The notes below the pieces were generated by a model. It searched no databases. It saw nothing but the letters and a program-made list of their open reading frames with translations, and was not told the origin of the DNA. From assembly GCF_001194135.2 (NCBI RefSeq), contig NC_069004.1, forward strand, positions 27,428,209-27,461,237: a stretch of DNA of 33,029 bases. The letters run 5' to 3'. This DNA comes from Octopus bimaculoides (Eukaryota). The position numbers and the translations under genes are program-made. This document shows positions 10,872 through 22,306 of the stretch, piece by piece; the stretch's first letter is position 1, and every line of letters starts with the position of its first letter.

Positions 10872-11060
10872 AGTCATAAGGCCTGAAATTTGGGAGAAGG
10901 CGATAATCGATTACATCGACCCCAGTACTCACATGGTGCTTAATTTATCGACCCCGAAAGGCAAACTCGACCTCGATGGAATTTGAGCCCAGAACGTGGT
11001 GACGGGCAAAATACTACTAATCACTTCGCCCAGCGTGCTAGCGATTCTGCCTGCTCGCCG
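10872..11060 (-). mobile_element. SINE family B, near full length
   Basis: Minus-strand head cggcgagcaggcagaatcgctagcacgctgggcg...gggctcaaattccatcgaggtcga. Confidence 0.85.
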
Positions 11061-11299
11061 AACTTAGAAGTTTTGAAGAATTAAAAAGAAATATAAGAAT
11101 TCAATGAACAAAGATTAACGCTGAAGTCTTAAATAATGTACAAAATTCTCTTTGATTTCGTTTTCAGTAATCTACTGAATGTGTGGAAAATCGGTTTGAA
11201 CAATTCATTTTCTTTGTTTTTTGGGGGTTTTTTGCTAGTTAATAATTTTGTGATAATGAATTTTGTGTAAATAAAATAAAAGGTAATTGCATCTCTTAT

Positions 11300-11820
11300 A
11301 TAAACGCTGTTTCTCATAATTAGAGTGGTGCGTGAGTAGTCGTACTAACAAGTAATGTTCGTAACCACTTCAACAAGGCTGTCCATTCGAACGGATTTAA
11401 CTGAGATTTTTTAACCCCAAGAGGACATCTCCTCTGGCTGGTTAACGATGCACAGCTGCGTCCGAGATATTGCCAGCAGCGGAGCGAACTCCTACCACCT
11501 TTTGACGACGGGACGAACAGACCAGCCTGGTTTCGGGTTATTTCTGCCTCTCTTCGGTACGGGACACCACGTTTGCTAGAAATGGTAGTAGCTCGCTTCT
11601 ACTCACAGTATATATAATAATTTCAATAATTTCAACCGACACACAGTCGCTGATTTTACAACAAGGAATCTAATGCTCTTAGCTTAGTTTTTCCTTGGGG
11701 CTGGCCAGATTGGAGCAATATCGAGTATTACCAGCCGAAATTGCAAGGATAATCTGGAACTCGACTGAAGAGAGAAAACTCCGAATGACCTGTCCGTGAT
11801 TTCTTTGTATCGTCCATCTG
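11300..11820. mobile_element. Unclassified repeat-like segment, possibly a Penelope-like terminal repeat
   Basis: More GC-rich, non-simple sequence ending in a degenerate hammerhead-like motif (ctgaaga-gagaaaactcc-gaat, 11765-11786). No second copy in the window. Confidence 0.3.
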
Positions 11821-11885
11821 TATGTTTTGTCCCTTTCTTGTATCACCTAACTGTCTGGATGTTTTGCATTCTTGTCCCATTCTGT

Positions 11886-12049
11886 NNNNNNNNNNNNNNN
11901 NNNNNNNNNNNNNNNNNNNNNNNNNNNNNNNNNNNNNNNNNNNNNNNNNNNNNNNNNNNNNNNNNNNNNNNNNNNNNNNNNNNNNNNNNNNNNNNNNNNN
12001 NNNNNNNNNNNNNNNNNNNNNNNNNNNNNNNNNNNNNNNNNNNNNNNNN
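11886..12049. other. Assembly gap (N-run)
   Basis: N bases. Confidence 1.
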
Positions 12050-12063
12050 ATATATATATATAT

Positions 12064-12137
12064 ATACGACGGGCTTCCTCAGTGTTTCTATCACCAAGCT
12101 TCACTCATAAGGTTGGCCCGGGGCTATATCAGAAGGT
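12064..12137 (-). mobile_element. SINE family A fragment
   Basis: tacgacgggcttc...cactcataagg...cccggggctata...agaag is the reverse complement of the family A core. Confidence 0.7.
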
Positions 12138-12424
12138 GAGTTCATTCACTGTTGAGTTGAAAATCTATATCGATAGACGCTACTGTCTGCGTGATCCTTT
12201 ACAATATTATGCCCTACATTTGTTACAAAAAAATTAATTGAAACAAAATCAGTGCTAGGTAGTCATTTGAAACCATTATGGTACAAATGTTATTAAGTCT
12301 ATTATATCCATATATGTGCAAGGAAAGTAGTTATGCACGAAATCGAGTTAACGGCAGCCATTTATTTGTGTACCATGTTCTCGTCTGTTTTTTGGTTACT
12401 TAAATTCTTCCTCTGGAAAAGTAG

Positions 12425-13574
12425 TTGGTTTTTAACAAAAATTCAAAGCTCCATCATTGGAATGTAGATAACAAAAACAATCTCGCACTTTAATCTTTAG
12501 TAAAGTTTTGCATATTTTTACAGTTCCACTTACAGATTGGATTTGTAATTTGCGATTTAGTTGGTTAATTTCCTTTTCTGAAAACCCTAGCTCTTCAGAT
12601 TGTCACATAGGCATTTACTCACAAAACTAAGTTCACCAGTGAGTAAATTGATCTTAATGTGAATGTATAATCTGGATATAAATGCTGGCGGTTTCGAAGC
12701 AGTTGTCCATAATTATCCTTTCTCTTTTCAAAAAGATATTCACATCAACTGGACAGCCAACTTCTATGACGGTATATACTTTTACTTGTTTGTCCTAAAC
12801 AGCAATATCCAACAACTTATGTTTACGCTTGACAGATATTTTGATGGGAACGTTCCACCAGTATTCATTGCATTGTTATTTGTGTATGTATTCAATAACA
12901 GAAAGATTCTCTATATTTAACCAAGGACAGTTTTTTTCTTTTCCGAATGGCATTGTATATTGTTTTTGCGACAAAATCATGACGCATTGGCCAGCTGACA
13001 TATAACATAATCGACATTTTCGGATGCATTTTAGAACTCCAATTCTCCAAGTCTTCGGGAAACATACTCATACATGATCTTTTTTGAGAATGTTGAGCGT
13101 TTCAGGTCTTCTTTGTGGTATGTTAGTCCAGCTGTTTTGGGGTTGTACAGGAGTTCATCAGGATGAGAGTGCTTCTTGAAGATCTCACTGACGACACGTA
13201 GGATAGTGTTCTCTTCACTTTTCAACACTAAGTTAATGTATTTATTTTAGCTGCTGGTGTTTAGCAAGCGCTTTCTGAGAGAGATTATGCGACATTCGAA
13301 GGCTGTCTGCACTGATCTCAACGCCACTTCCTCTTCTATCTCTTCTTAAGTGGAGCCTGTCGATACAACTATTCCTGTAGAGACTTCCAGTTGATGTCAG
13401 AATTCTGTGGGTTCTAATGTCTACGAAGTCGATTTCTTCTACAGACCAGTTGAGTATCTCAAGTGTTAAAATCAGCACTGGTGCTGCAAATGTATTGTGG
13501 GATATTGTCATGTAAGAGAAGAATTCTGTCACATTTTTATAAGTTTAACATCATATTCTCGGGTTACTCTATCT
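12425..13574 (-). mobile_element. 5'-truncated, decayed R4/Dong-like non-LTR retrotransposon (post-RT region, RLE endonuclease, 3' UTR)
   Basis: Minus-strand translations across frameshifts: SHNTFAAPVL...NWSVEEIDFVDIRTHRILT..GSLYRNSCIDRLHLRRDRRGSG; MRHDFVAKT; WWNVPIKISVKRKHKLLDIAV*DKQVKVYTVIEVGCPVDVN (PD-(D/E)xK-like RLE region); EELGFSEKEINQLNRKLQIQSVSGTVKICKT. These are characteristic R4-clade motifs. Confidence 0.85.
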
Positions 13575-13619
13575 GTATGTATGTATGTGTGTATGTATGT
13601 ATGTATGTATGTATGTACG

Positions 13620-14075
13620 TATTTTCTGGTCACTTCTCAGGCCTCTTATGAGTGTTACTCGTAACATGGAATCCAGTACAACCTATTGCATGGTCGGTTC
13701 GCCAGCGACTAAACTGGTACCCCCTTTTAGACCTGCCTGAAGAGGAGGGTTACTAGAAACCCTACGAGATTAAAACCAAGACCTGTCAAAAGGGCGAATG
13801 AACCTATTGTAGGTTCTACGAATATCTAGCAATAGCATGGGGCCTCAAAAATTCCGGGTTGGTGTCCAGCGTGCTGGAAGACGACTGGGAGTGAGGCACC
13901 CCTATGCTTTTGTTAAAGCATGTATCCATGAGAAACTTGCTGTGATATAAAACCAGATATGCAAGGAGTGGCATTGAACATTTGGGGGGTCTTTTCGCTG
14001 CTCTTGAGATCATGGTATTCTCACATTCCTGAGCCTGCGACCCATATTGGCACTGAATATATTGCCCTGCTTGTC
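13620..14075 (-). mobile_element. Unclassified dispersed repeat, copy 1 of 3
   Basis: The reverse complement shares ggttttatat, tcactcccagt and ggacaccaacccg with 21685-22005, and gccaatatggg and atctcaag with 24680-25090. Confidence 0.7.
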
Positions 14076-14559
14076 TCATGTATGTATGCATGTATGTATG
14101 TATGTATGTATGTATGTATGTGTGTATGTATCAACTCAGTTCCTCGTATTTTTGAAGAATGCAAGTAGACTTGCTCTTCTATCAGGAAACCTAAGGTACT
14201 GGATGAAGTTCTGGCTGTGGTAAAAATGAACACAATTACTTATATACGCATAACTTCTCCCACTGCATACGTGTGACATTAAGTAATTCTTCCTCCGTTT
14301 GCGAATATGCTAAGAAGGAAAACTCTATACGCTCACTCAAATACATATGACAACATCATTACTCGATTGCATGAATGTGTGAGCGGTCGTCCGTTTAATG
14401 AAACATCGTAAGCACACACAAATCTATGTGTACTTACGTGCGCTCGCACGTCTGTGTGTGACCATACCTACACACATATAACGCAACATATATACATGTA
14501 GGCGTTTATGCGTGTTTACATTCTATTTTTGTGCATGTGTATATAAAATGATAATATCG

Positions 14560-14596
14560 CGCTTGCATACGCACGCACACGCACACGCACACATTT

Positions 14597-14629
<33 letters not shown>

Positions 14630-14713
14630 TACACATATGCACACTTGTATATGTGTACATATATATATATTTACATATAGCTTTATCTATACACATAGTC
14701 ACAAACATAGAAC

Positions 14714-14746
<33 letters not shown>

Positions 14747-15016
14747 GCATACGTATATATATATATATGTGTGTATATATATATATATATGTGTGTATAT
14801 ATATATATATATGTGTGTATATATATATATATACTAAATATATATATATATATACATACACATATATATATGTATACACACATATATATATACATATATA
14901 TACATATATATATACATATATATATATATACATATATATATATACACATATATATACATATATATATACATATATATATATACATATATATATATATACA
15001 TATATATATCTATCTA

Positions 15017-15048
<32 letters not shown>
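14560..15048 (+). repeat. Long compound (CA)/(TA) microsatellite
   Basis: Direct simple repeats. Confidence 0.95.
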
Positions 15049-15417
15049 NNNNNNNNNNNNNNNNNNNNNNNNNNNNNNNNNNNNNNNNNNNNNNNNNNNN
15101 NNNNNNNNNNNNNNNNNNNNNNNNNNNNNNNNNNNNNNNNNNNNNNNNNNNNNNNNNNNNNNNNNNNNNNNNNNNNNNNNNNNNNNNNNNNNNNNNNNNN
15201 NNNNNNNNNNNNNNNNNNNNNNNNNNNNNNNNNNNNNNNNNNNNNNNNNNNNNNNNNNNNNNNNNNNNNNNNNNNNNNNNNNNNNNNNNNNNNNNNNNNN
15301 NNNNNNNNNNNNNNNNNNNNNNNNNNNNNNNNNNNNNNNNNNNNNNNNNNNNNNNNNNNNNNNNNNNNNNNNNNNNNNNNNNNNNNNNNNNNNNNNNNNN
15401 NNNNNNNNNNNNNNNNN
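15049..15417. other. Assembly gap (N-run)
   Basis: N bases. Confidence 1.
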
Positions 15418-16239
15418 ATATATATATATATATATACACACGCATGTATATAAGCATATATGCATATATAAATATTTATATATCGTACATGCATGCATAC
15501 ATACATTCATAAATACGCAAGCACGCATGTGCGTGTGCGTGTGCGTGTGTGCGTGTGCGTGTGTATATTTTTTTTACTTATTTTTATCATTTTACATGTA
15601 TGCATGTATGTATACATGTAAATACATACATACAGGCATACTTACGCATAAACATATACATATACATATACGGCCACAGATTGCCCTCTTGCTGTGTAGT
15701 TACATTTCTCTAACCCGATTGAATTTTTTTTTTTTTTTATTTGATCTGACTTCGATTAGCTTTTCTCTTCCTTCGTTTCATTCCTAACCTTTTCTTTGCT
15801 TTTCTTCAACTTTTCTTCTTCATCTTCTTCAACCTTCAATTCTTGAATAAAACTATTTTTGTCTATTTATTTATTACTGTTTTTTCTCTTTTTTTTTGTC
15901 TTTCAATTCTCACCGCCATCTTTTATAAAATGGCCTCATCGATCCTAAAGGTACAAAACGTTCATGTTTCTTTTCACCTCACACTTAACTTTATCTTTTA
16001 AGCGCATCTTCTCTCTTTCCCCCACCTCTCTCTCTCTCTCTTTATCTATCTCTCTCTCCCCCTCTCTCTCGCCCTCTCTCTCACAAGCTTCTTTATTTCG
16101 AAGTTTTCTTGACACATCTTGGTTTTCTTTTTTTGTTTTCCTTATTCGTTTTATATTTTATTGTATTTTAACCTTCAACCACTTCCACAACCAGGACTAC
16201 GGCCCTCCTTGTCCCCTTCTCCTCTTCATCAACCCCTTA

Positions 16240-16420
16240 CTCTTCCTCCCGCTCACCATCACCACCACCACCATCATCAACATCATCATTTTCTCTCCGC
16301 TTTCTTCTTCTTCTTCTTCTTCTTCTTCTTCTTCTTCTTCTTCTTCTTCTTCTTCTTCTTCTTCTTCTTCTTCTTCTTCCTCCTCTTCCTCTTCGTCTTC
16401 TTCTTCTTCCTCTTCTTCTT
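16240..16420 (+). repeat. (CAC/CAT)n and (TTC)n trinucleotide repeats
   Basis: Direct tandem repeats producing poly-S, poly-F and poly-E pseudo-ORFs. Confidence 0.96.
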
Positions 16421-16614
16421 CTGTCTTTCTTTCCACCTCCTCTAATCCTAGCCCGCCTTCCATTTCACATTTCTTTAAGCTCCACCACCGCCACGACCAC
16501 CACCACCAACATCCTCTCCACTCCTAACATCACAACTAACTGCTATTTTGTTCCATTACTTTCATTGTCAGAAGAAGCACCATCTCTAATCTCAATATTA
16601 CTTACATTCACCAT

Positions 16615-16656
<42 letters not shown>
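16615..16656 (+). repeat. (CTA)n microsatellite
   Basis: Direct tandem repeat. Confidence 0.96.
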
Positions 16657-16841
16657 GCTCTAGCGTTAAGGTAAGTTGACAGATATTTGATGATTACCGA
16701 TAATCTTTTGAAAGATAAAACCAAGGTATCGCCTTAAACTATAATACTCTTTGGCTTAAACATAAGCAATAACAATGCAACATGTATATGTGTGTGTGCG
16801 TGTGTGTGCGTGTGTGCGCGTGTATATATATATATATATAC

Positions 16842-16971
16842 NNNNNNNNNNNNNNNNNNNNNNNNNNNNNNNNNNNNNNNNNNNNNNNNNNNNNNNNNNN
16901 NNNNNNNNNNNNNNNNNNNNNNNNNNNNNNNNNNNNNNNNNNNNNNNNNNNNNNNNNNNNNNNNNNNNNNN
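16842..16971. other. Assembly gap (N-run)
   Basis: N bases. Confidence 1.
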
Positions 16972-17002
<31 letters not shown>

Positions 17003-17128
17003 CACACACACATATACGTATATATACATATACACATATATGTACACATCCTTGCATTCTTACATATGTATAAGTCTATATATGAGAGCATTTTGATGTG
17101 TTTGCGAATACATATGGGATACAGAAGA

Positions 17129-17166
<38 letters not shown>

Positions 17167-17630
17167 TAACACATATACAAGTGTGCACAACACGTATACA
17201 CATAACGTACAGTGTATAGTCGGTTTGGTTCAGTATCAATTTCTTCAAACTACAGTGTATGACAAACAGACAAGAAATCCGCGATTAAAACTGTTTCACC
17301 CATGTTAGAAATATCAACACTCTTAAGAATTGTTTCAACACGGTGATAACTTAGCTTTAATTCTTAAAGGATCTACCGCTTAATCCTTGCTTAAAATATC
17401 ACATACCAAGAATTTAGATGGATGAAGCCTCGAAGAAGCTTCTATGGGATCATACGAAGCTATGTTAGAAATGGCAACAAATTATGCTGTATGTCTGATA
17501 TCACCGTTTTAAATAAGGGGATGCCATACTGGACAATGTAATATGAGATACGCTGGGTGAGATGAATGGATGCAGCTGTTCGGGCGCTGATGATTTGGCA
17601 TGCCTAACCAGGGCTTTCTGGCCCTGAATA

Positions 17631-17667
<37 letters not shown>

Positions 17668-17687
17668 ATGATAAATATATACACACC

Positions 17688-17823
17688 CTGGCTGTGTGGT
17701 AAGTAGCTTGCTTACCAACCGCATAGTTTCGGGTTCAGTCCCACTGCGTGGCACCTTGGGCAAGTGTCTTCAAAGCCTTGTGAGTGGATTTGGTAGACGG
17801 AAACTGAAAAGAAGCCCATCGTA
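17688..17823 (+). mobile_element. SINE family A, 5' half with a small internal deletion
   Basis: ggctgtgtggtaagtagcttgcttaccaacc...ccttgggcaagtgtcttc|aaagccttgtgagtggatttggtagacggaaactg. Confidence 0.9.
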
Positions 17824-17829
17824 TAAATA

Positions 17830-17878
<49 letters not shown>

Positions 17879-17900
17879 ATATATGTGTGTGTGTATGTTT

Positions 17901-18383
17901 NNNNNNNNNNNNNNNNNNNNNNNNNNNNNNNNNNNNNNNNNNNNNNNNNNNNNNNNNNNNNNNNNNNNNNNNNNNNNNNNNNNNNNNNNNNNNNNNNNNN
18001 NNNNNNNNNNNNNNNNNNNNNNNNNNNNNNNNNNNNNNNNNNNNNNNNNNNNNNNNNNNNNNNNNNNNNNNNNNNNNNNNNNNNNNNNNNNNNNNNNNNN
18101 NNNNNNNNNNNNNNNNNNNNNNNNNNNNNNNNNNNNNNNNNNNNNNNNNNNNNNNNNNNNNNNNNNNNNNNNNNNNNNNNNNNNNNNNNNNNNNNNNNNN
18201 NNNNNNNNNNNNNNNNNNNNNNNNNNNNNNNNNNNNNNNNNNNNNNNNNNNNNNNNNNNNNNNNNNNNNNNNNNNNNNNNNNNNNNNNNNNNNNNNNNNN
18301 NNNNNNNNNNNNNNNNNNNNNNNNNNNNNNNNNNNNNNNNNNNNNNNNNNNNNNNNNNNNNNNNNNNNNNNNNNNNNNNNNNN
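17901..18383. other. Assembly gap (N-run)
   Basis: N bases. Confidence 1.
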
Positions 18384-18424
18384 ATATATATATATATATA
18401 TATACATACAATGCATTTATGTGC

Positions 18425-18575
18425 GCGACGTGCTTCCACAAAGTTTCTGTTCATTAAATTCACTCACAACTCCACTTTCGGCCTGGAGAAGACACTTGCC
18501 CAAAGTGCCGCGCACTGGGACTGAACTTGCAATGCGTGTTTACAAAGCGAGATTCATAGCCATAGAACCATACCT
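18425..18575 (-). mobile_element. SINE family A, 5' half, diverged
   Basis: agaagacacttgcccaaagtgccgcgcactgggactgaac is the reverse complement of the family A head and core. Confidence 0.8.
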
Positions 18576-18882
18576 GGGCCTCCTAGAAATAGGTTCTCAA
18601 ACTAACAACAATCCTTTCCTGTTATGGGCATACGGTCTGAAATTTCTAACTATAGATTGAAAATAGTCTTGTTGTGAGCACACACACACACTCATACACA
18701 CACACACACACGCACACACACATACACACACACACACACGCACATACACATACGCACAGACGTGCTCACTCGCGCGCGCATAGAAACACGTGAGTAATGC
18801 ATGTGTTCGAGATATTGTGCAAGTGCGAACGATTGTGGGAGTGTTTTGTGGGTGTGTACGTGTGTATGCATATGTGCGCAAG

Positions 18883-18887
<5 letters not shown>

Positions 18888-18968
<81 letters not shown>
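18888..18968 (+). repeat. (TG)n microsatellite
   Basis: Pure dinucleotide run. Confidence 0.98.
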
Positions 18969-18969
<1 letters not shown>

Positions 18970-19209
18970 TAATCTTATATTTTTTTTATCAATCTTTTCA
19001 TTTATATACAGATAACCAATATCACACTCCTATAGCTCTGATATTTTATAAATATCAATCCATCATCGTACTACCAATTTAACCTATGATACTTCATCAT
19101 GTGTCTACGTTAACAGAAGAAGGCACCCTCGACCAGGATATCGCCAATAATACACCATTATTAGTTTCTTATAATAGCAATAAAAAAAATAACGCTGTTG
19201 TTAGTGCCT

Positions 19210-19412
19210 TCATATTAACTAGCAACAGCCAAACCGACGTCTTTGTATTAACCAAGAATAACCATCGAATCTCTTATATGAACTGACAATGGTAAACCGA
19301 CGACTTTATATTAGCCAACAGCAGCTGACCGATGTATCTATGTTAGGCTATAAAAGTCAACGGAGGTCTTATTTTAGCCAACAATAATAGACTGAGGTTT
19401 GTATATTATTAG
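19210..19412 (+). repeat. Degenerate minisatellite, unit about 31-34 bp
   Basis: Recurring tattagccaaca...accgacg-like units, about 6 copies. Confidence 0.6.
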
Positions 19413-19413
19413 C

Positions 19414-19500
19414 CCAGCGGTCCTCAATCTTTTTGACCGCGGACCGGTCTATGCATGATAAGTTTTTGCAAATCGGGTGAACCTCATGCATAACAAAGCA
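19414..19500 (+). mobile_element. hAT/Charlie-like terminal fragment
   Basis: cagcggtcctcaatctttttgaccgcggaccgg resembles CAG(C/G)GGTYCYCAACC-type hAT MITE ends. The other end was not found. Confidence 0.45.
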
Positions 19501-19549
19501 CAATAAATTGCATAATATATAATCTAATTATTACATATATAATAGATAT

Positions 19550-19632
19550 ATGGCTGTGTGGTAAGAAACTTACTTCCCAACCACATGGTTTCAGGATCAG
19601 TCCCACTGCGTGGCACCTTTGGCAAGTGTCTT
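19550..19632 (+). mobile_element. SINE family A head fragment
   Basis: tggctgtgtggtaagaaacttacttcccaaccacatgg...cccactgcgtggcacctttggcaagtgtctt. Confidence 0.85.
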
Positions 19633-19639
19633 ATATAAT

Positions 19640-19767
19640 GCATATTTCTTTATTTCTGTATTGCCCACAGGGGGCTCAACATAGAGGGGACAAACAAAGA
19701 CAGACAAAGGGATTAAGTCGACTACATCGATTCCCGTGCGTAACGAGTACTTATTTAATCGACCTCG
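19640..19767 (-). mobile_element. SINE family B variant, 3' part
   Basis: gggattaagtcgactacatcga...gtacttatttaatcgacc with an alternative tail ttgcccacagggggctcaacatagaggggacaaac. Confidence 0.75.
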
Positions 19768-20069
19768 AAACTTCTGGAGCTGGAGTGGGAAGTTCTCCCT
19801 TGTCTACCGTACTTGCCTGACCTGGCGCCAACAGACTACCACCTATTCCGGGCACTGCGGAACTTCATGAATGGCAAAACGTTCGCAAATCATGACGAAC
19901 TGAAAACTGCAGTTGGAAACTTCTTCGACAGCAAACCAGTTGAATTCTATAACAAAGGTATCCATGATCTACCCCATTGTTGGAGGCAAGTGATCGATGT
20001 GCTTTTTACTGCATTGTTTCGTTGTATATCATTGTTAATAAAAGTTGTGAAAGAACTTTGTTTGCGACC

Positions 20070-20074
<5 letters not shown>
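19768..20074 (+). mobile_element. Mariner (DD34D-type) transposase C-terminal remnant with 3' TIR
   Basis: In frame: KLLELEWEVLPCLPYLPDLAPTDYHLFRALRNFMNGKTF...FFDSKPVEFYNKGIHDLPHCWRQVID, a variant of the mariner YSPDLAPxDYHLF motif. Ends in ...gaactttgtttgcgacctaaTA. Confidence 0.9.

Positions 20075-20109
<35 letters not shown>
20071..20109 (+). repeat. (AAT)n microsatellite
   Basis: Direct tandem repeat growing from the mariner TA end. Confidence 0.95.
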
Positions 20110-20320
20110 TTCTATTATAGGCACAAGGCCTGAAATTTGGTGAGAGGGGGCTAGTCGATTACATGAACCCCAGTGTTTCACTGGTGCTCAATTTATCGAC
20201 CCCGAAAGGATGAAAGGGAAAGTCGATCTCGACGGAATTTGAACTCAGAATGTAAAGACGAGCGAAATACCGCGAAGCATTTCGTCCAGCGTGCTAACAA
20301 TTTAGCCAGCTCGCCGCCTT
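20110..20320 (-). mobile_element. SINE family B, full length
   Basis: Minus-strand head aaggcggcgagctggctaaattgttagcacgctggacg...tgagttcaaattccgtcgagatcga...ggccttgtgcc. Confidence 0.9.
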
Positions 20321-20334
20321 AATGATAATAATAA

Positions 20335-20540
20335 TCCTTTCTACTAGAGGCACAAGGGGCCTGAAAATTTTGGGGGAGGGGACTAGTCGATTACATCAAC
20401 CCTCGTATTTAACTGGTACTTATTTCATCGAACTCGAAAGGATGAAAGGCAAAGTTGACCTCGGCAGAATTTGAACTCAGAACGTAAAAACGAATGAAAT
20501 ACCACCAAGCATTTCGCTCGGCGCGCTAACGATTCTGTCG
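20335..20540 (-). mobile_element. SINE family B, second tandem copy
   Basis: Same organisation as 20110-20320, same orientation. Confidence 0.88.
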
Positions 20541-21439
20541 TTGCTGCTACTGCTACTACTACCACTATTACCACTACCACTACTACTACTAACACTACTG
20601 CTATTGTAGTACTACTTTTACTACTATAGTGATCGTATCTTGATTTCAACTGACCACATAGATAAAACGAGTTTTTTGTTGTTGTTTTTTTTATATTAAG
20701 GTGGAATGAAACAAATCAGAAAAATTAGCATGTAGAAGAAAAGAAAAGACGGAGTAATCGCTGAGTGAGAGACAGTGAGTCAATAGAAGATATTAATGAG
20801 AAAAAGGTAAAAGCAAATTAACCGCTTTTTACTGGAATACAGAAAACGATGAAACAGACGATCTTAATAGTCTATCACAGTCATTACCTATTTTCTTTGA
20901 TAAAAGCAACATAGAGCAAATGCAAGAAATTTATGTGGTGTTGTCTGAGATATTTGGAGGAACTATTGATTAAACCTAAATTCGACAAGATCTTTCATCG
21001 CAGATTCTTCTTCTGTGTGTCGTCTGCCTCTTAGAAGTGTACTGTATTATTGATGCAGAGCGTTAGAGCTTATCTCCCGCTTTTCACATCACTAATCGGT
21101 TGAAAGACAGCTATCCTTCAAATGAAGTAATCTGTCCTGGAATTATATATGGCCTTAGATATACAGTGGTTTGCCTATTAGAAAATAAAGTAATGATTTA
21201 CAGACAATCTGGAGGAGGCGGCTGCTAATTGTGTGTGTATAATATCTTTCACAGTAACATGACAGCCGATGTTTATTATTGCTACGTGATTAGTCTAAGG
21301 ACATCTTTATTTTAGTGGCTGAGAATAACTATTTAGTTCTTGTATGAAGCCGTATCCATTTAAAGAGAGAATGTTATAACGACTGAATTTCTAGGAAAAT
21401 TGTTCTGTCTTTCTGCTTTTCTGATATCGAATAAAAGTT

Positions 21440-22306
21440 CATTGGCGCACTTTGCAATGAAAGTTAAAACATTAGTGGAACACTTTACATGGAAAGTTAA
21501 AATTTAATGGCACATTTTAAATTTTGAGTGAAATATTACTAGCAGATGTTTCATGAAATGTTAAAACTTACTGAGGTACTTAGCTTGGAAAATTTTAAGA
21601 ATTCTAGCATACTTCGCGTGAAAAATTATATATTAATGACGTACATTGAATAGAAAGTTAAAATTTAATGATACACTTTGGACAGTGATGATGATGGCTG
21701 TCCACTCGTTAGACTAGCATGACCATTGCTGACAGGTTGAGTGTCAGCAATGCTTGTACAAGGAGTTTAAGTCGAGGGCAACTTGTACAACAGCACAACG
21801 AGTCTCACTAGTAATACCAAGGAACCCAGAGACGAGCAAAGTGCAAGATATCCAGCTCAGTAGAGCAGCGGGTTTTATATACGAGTTAGCCTTCTCCTAG
21901 ACAGATGCCTAAAGATCAAAGGTCCATCACTCCCAGTGAGTTTACTGTGCCCTAGGACACCAACCCGAGTATTTCTACGTCCCGATGTATGGTAAGTTGG
22001 ATGTTACTGACTCACTTTGCATGGAAAGTTAACTAATCCTGGCGCACTTTGCATGAAGAAGTTAAAACTTACTGGCGCACTTTGCATGAAGAAGTTAAAA
22101 CTTACTGGCGCACTTTGCATGAAGAAGTTAAAACTTACTGGCGCACTTTGCATGAAAGTTAAATAATCTTGGCGATCTTTGAATGGAAAATTAAAATTTA
22201 CAGGCGCACTTTTCATGGAAAGTTGAATATTTCTGGCACACTTCACATAGAAAGTTAAATCTTAACGACTCACATTGAATGGAAAGTTAACATTTAATGG
22301 CACACT
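21440..22306 (+). repeat. About 32-33-bp minisatellite array interrupted by an insertion at about 21685-22005
   Basis: Three identical 33-mers ggcgcactttgcatgaagaagttaaaacttact at 22041-22139; degenerate units at 21440-21680 and 22140-22306. Confidence 0.85.
21685..22005 (+). mobile_element. Unclassified dispersed repeat, copy 2 of 3
   Basis: Starts ggctgtccactcgt...gaccattgctgac (compare ggctatccactcgt...gaccatcactgac at 24680) and contains cagagac...gcaagatatccag. Confidence 0.7.

Noticed and set aside
13155-13165. Minus-strand CCTGATGAA
   Set aside because: It lies within the R4-like coding remnant (PDELLY) and has no ribozyme stems.
13722-13795. CUGAAGA followed by a hairpin gagggtt/aaccct and flanked by a cccttttagac/gtcaaaaggg inverted repeat (hammerhead-like)
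   Set aside because: GAAA is replaced by GAGA, and no stem I or stem III arrangement places an NUH correctly.
16197-16463. Acidic poly-E ORF suggesting a real low-complexity protein
   Set aside because: It is entirely explained by the (TTC)n microsatellite, and the flanks show no coding signal.
17586-17625. CUGAUGA plus a small cagggc/gccctg hairpin
   Set aside because: There is no GAAA core.
22004-22246. Repeat array and MQSAPVSFNFF ORF resembling a CRISPR array or repeat protein
   Set aside because: The units are head-to-tail with no unique spacers, there are no cas genes, and the context is eukaryotic. The ORF is a by-product of the 33-bp period.
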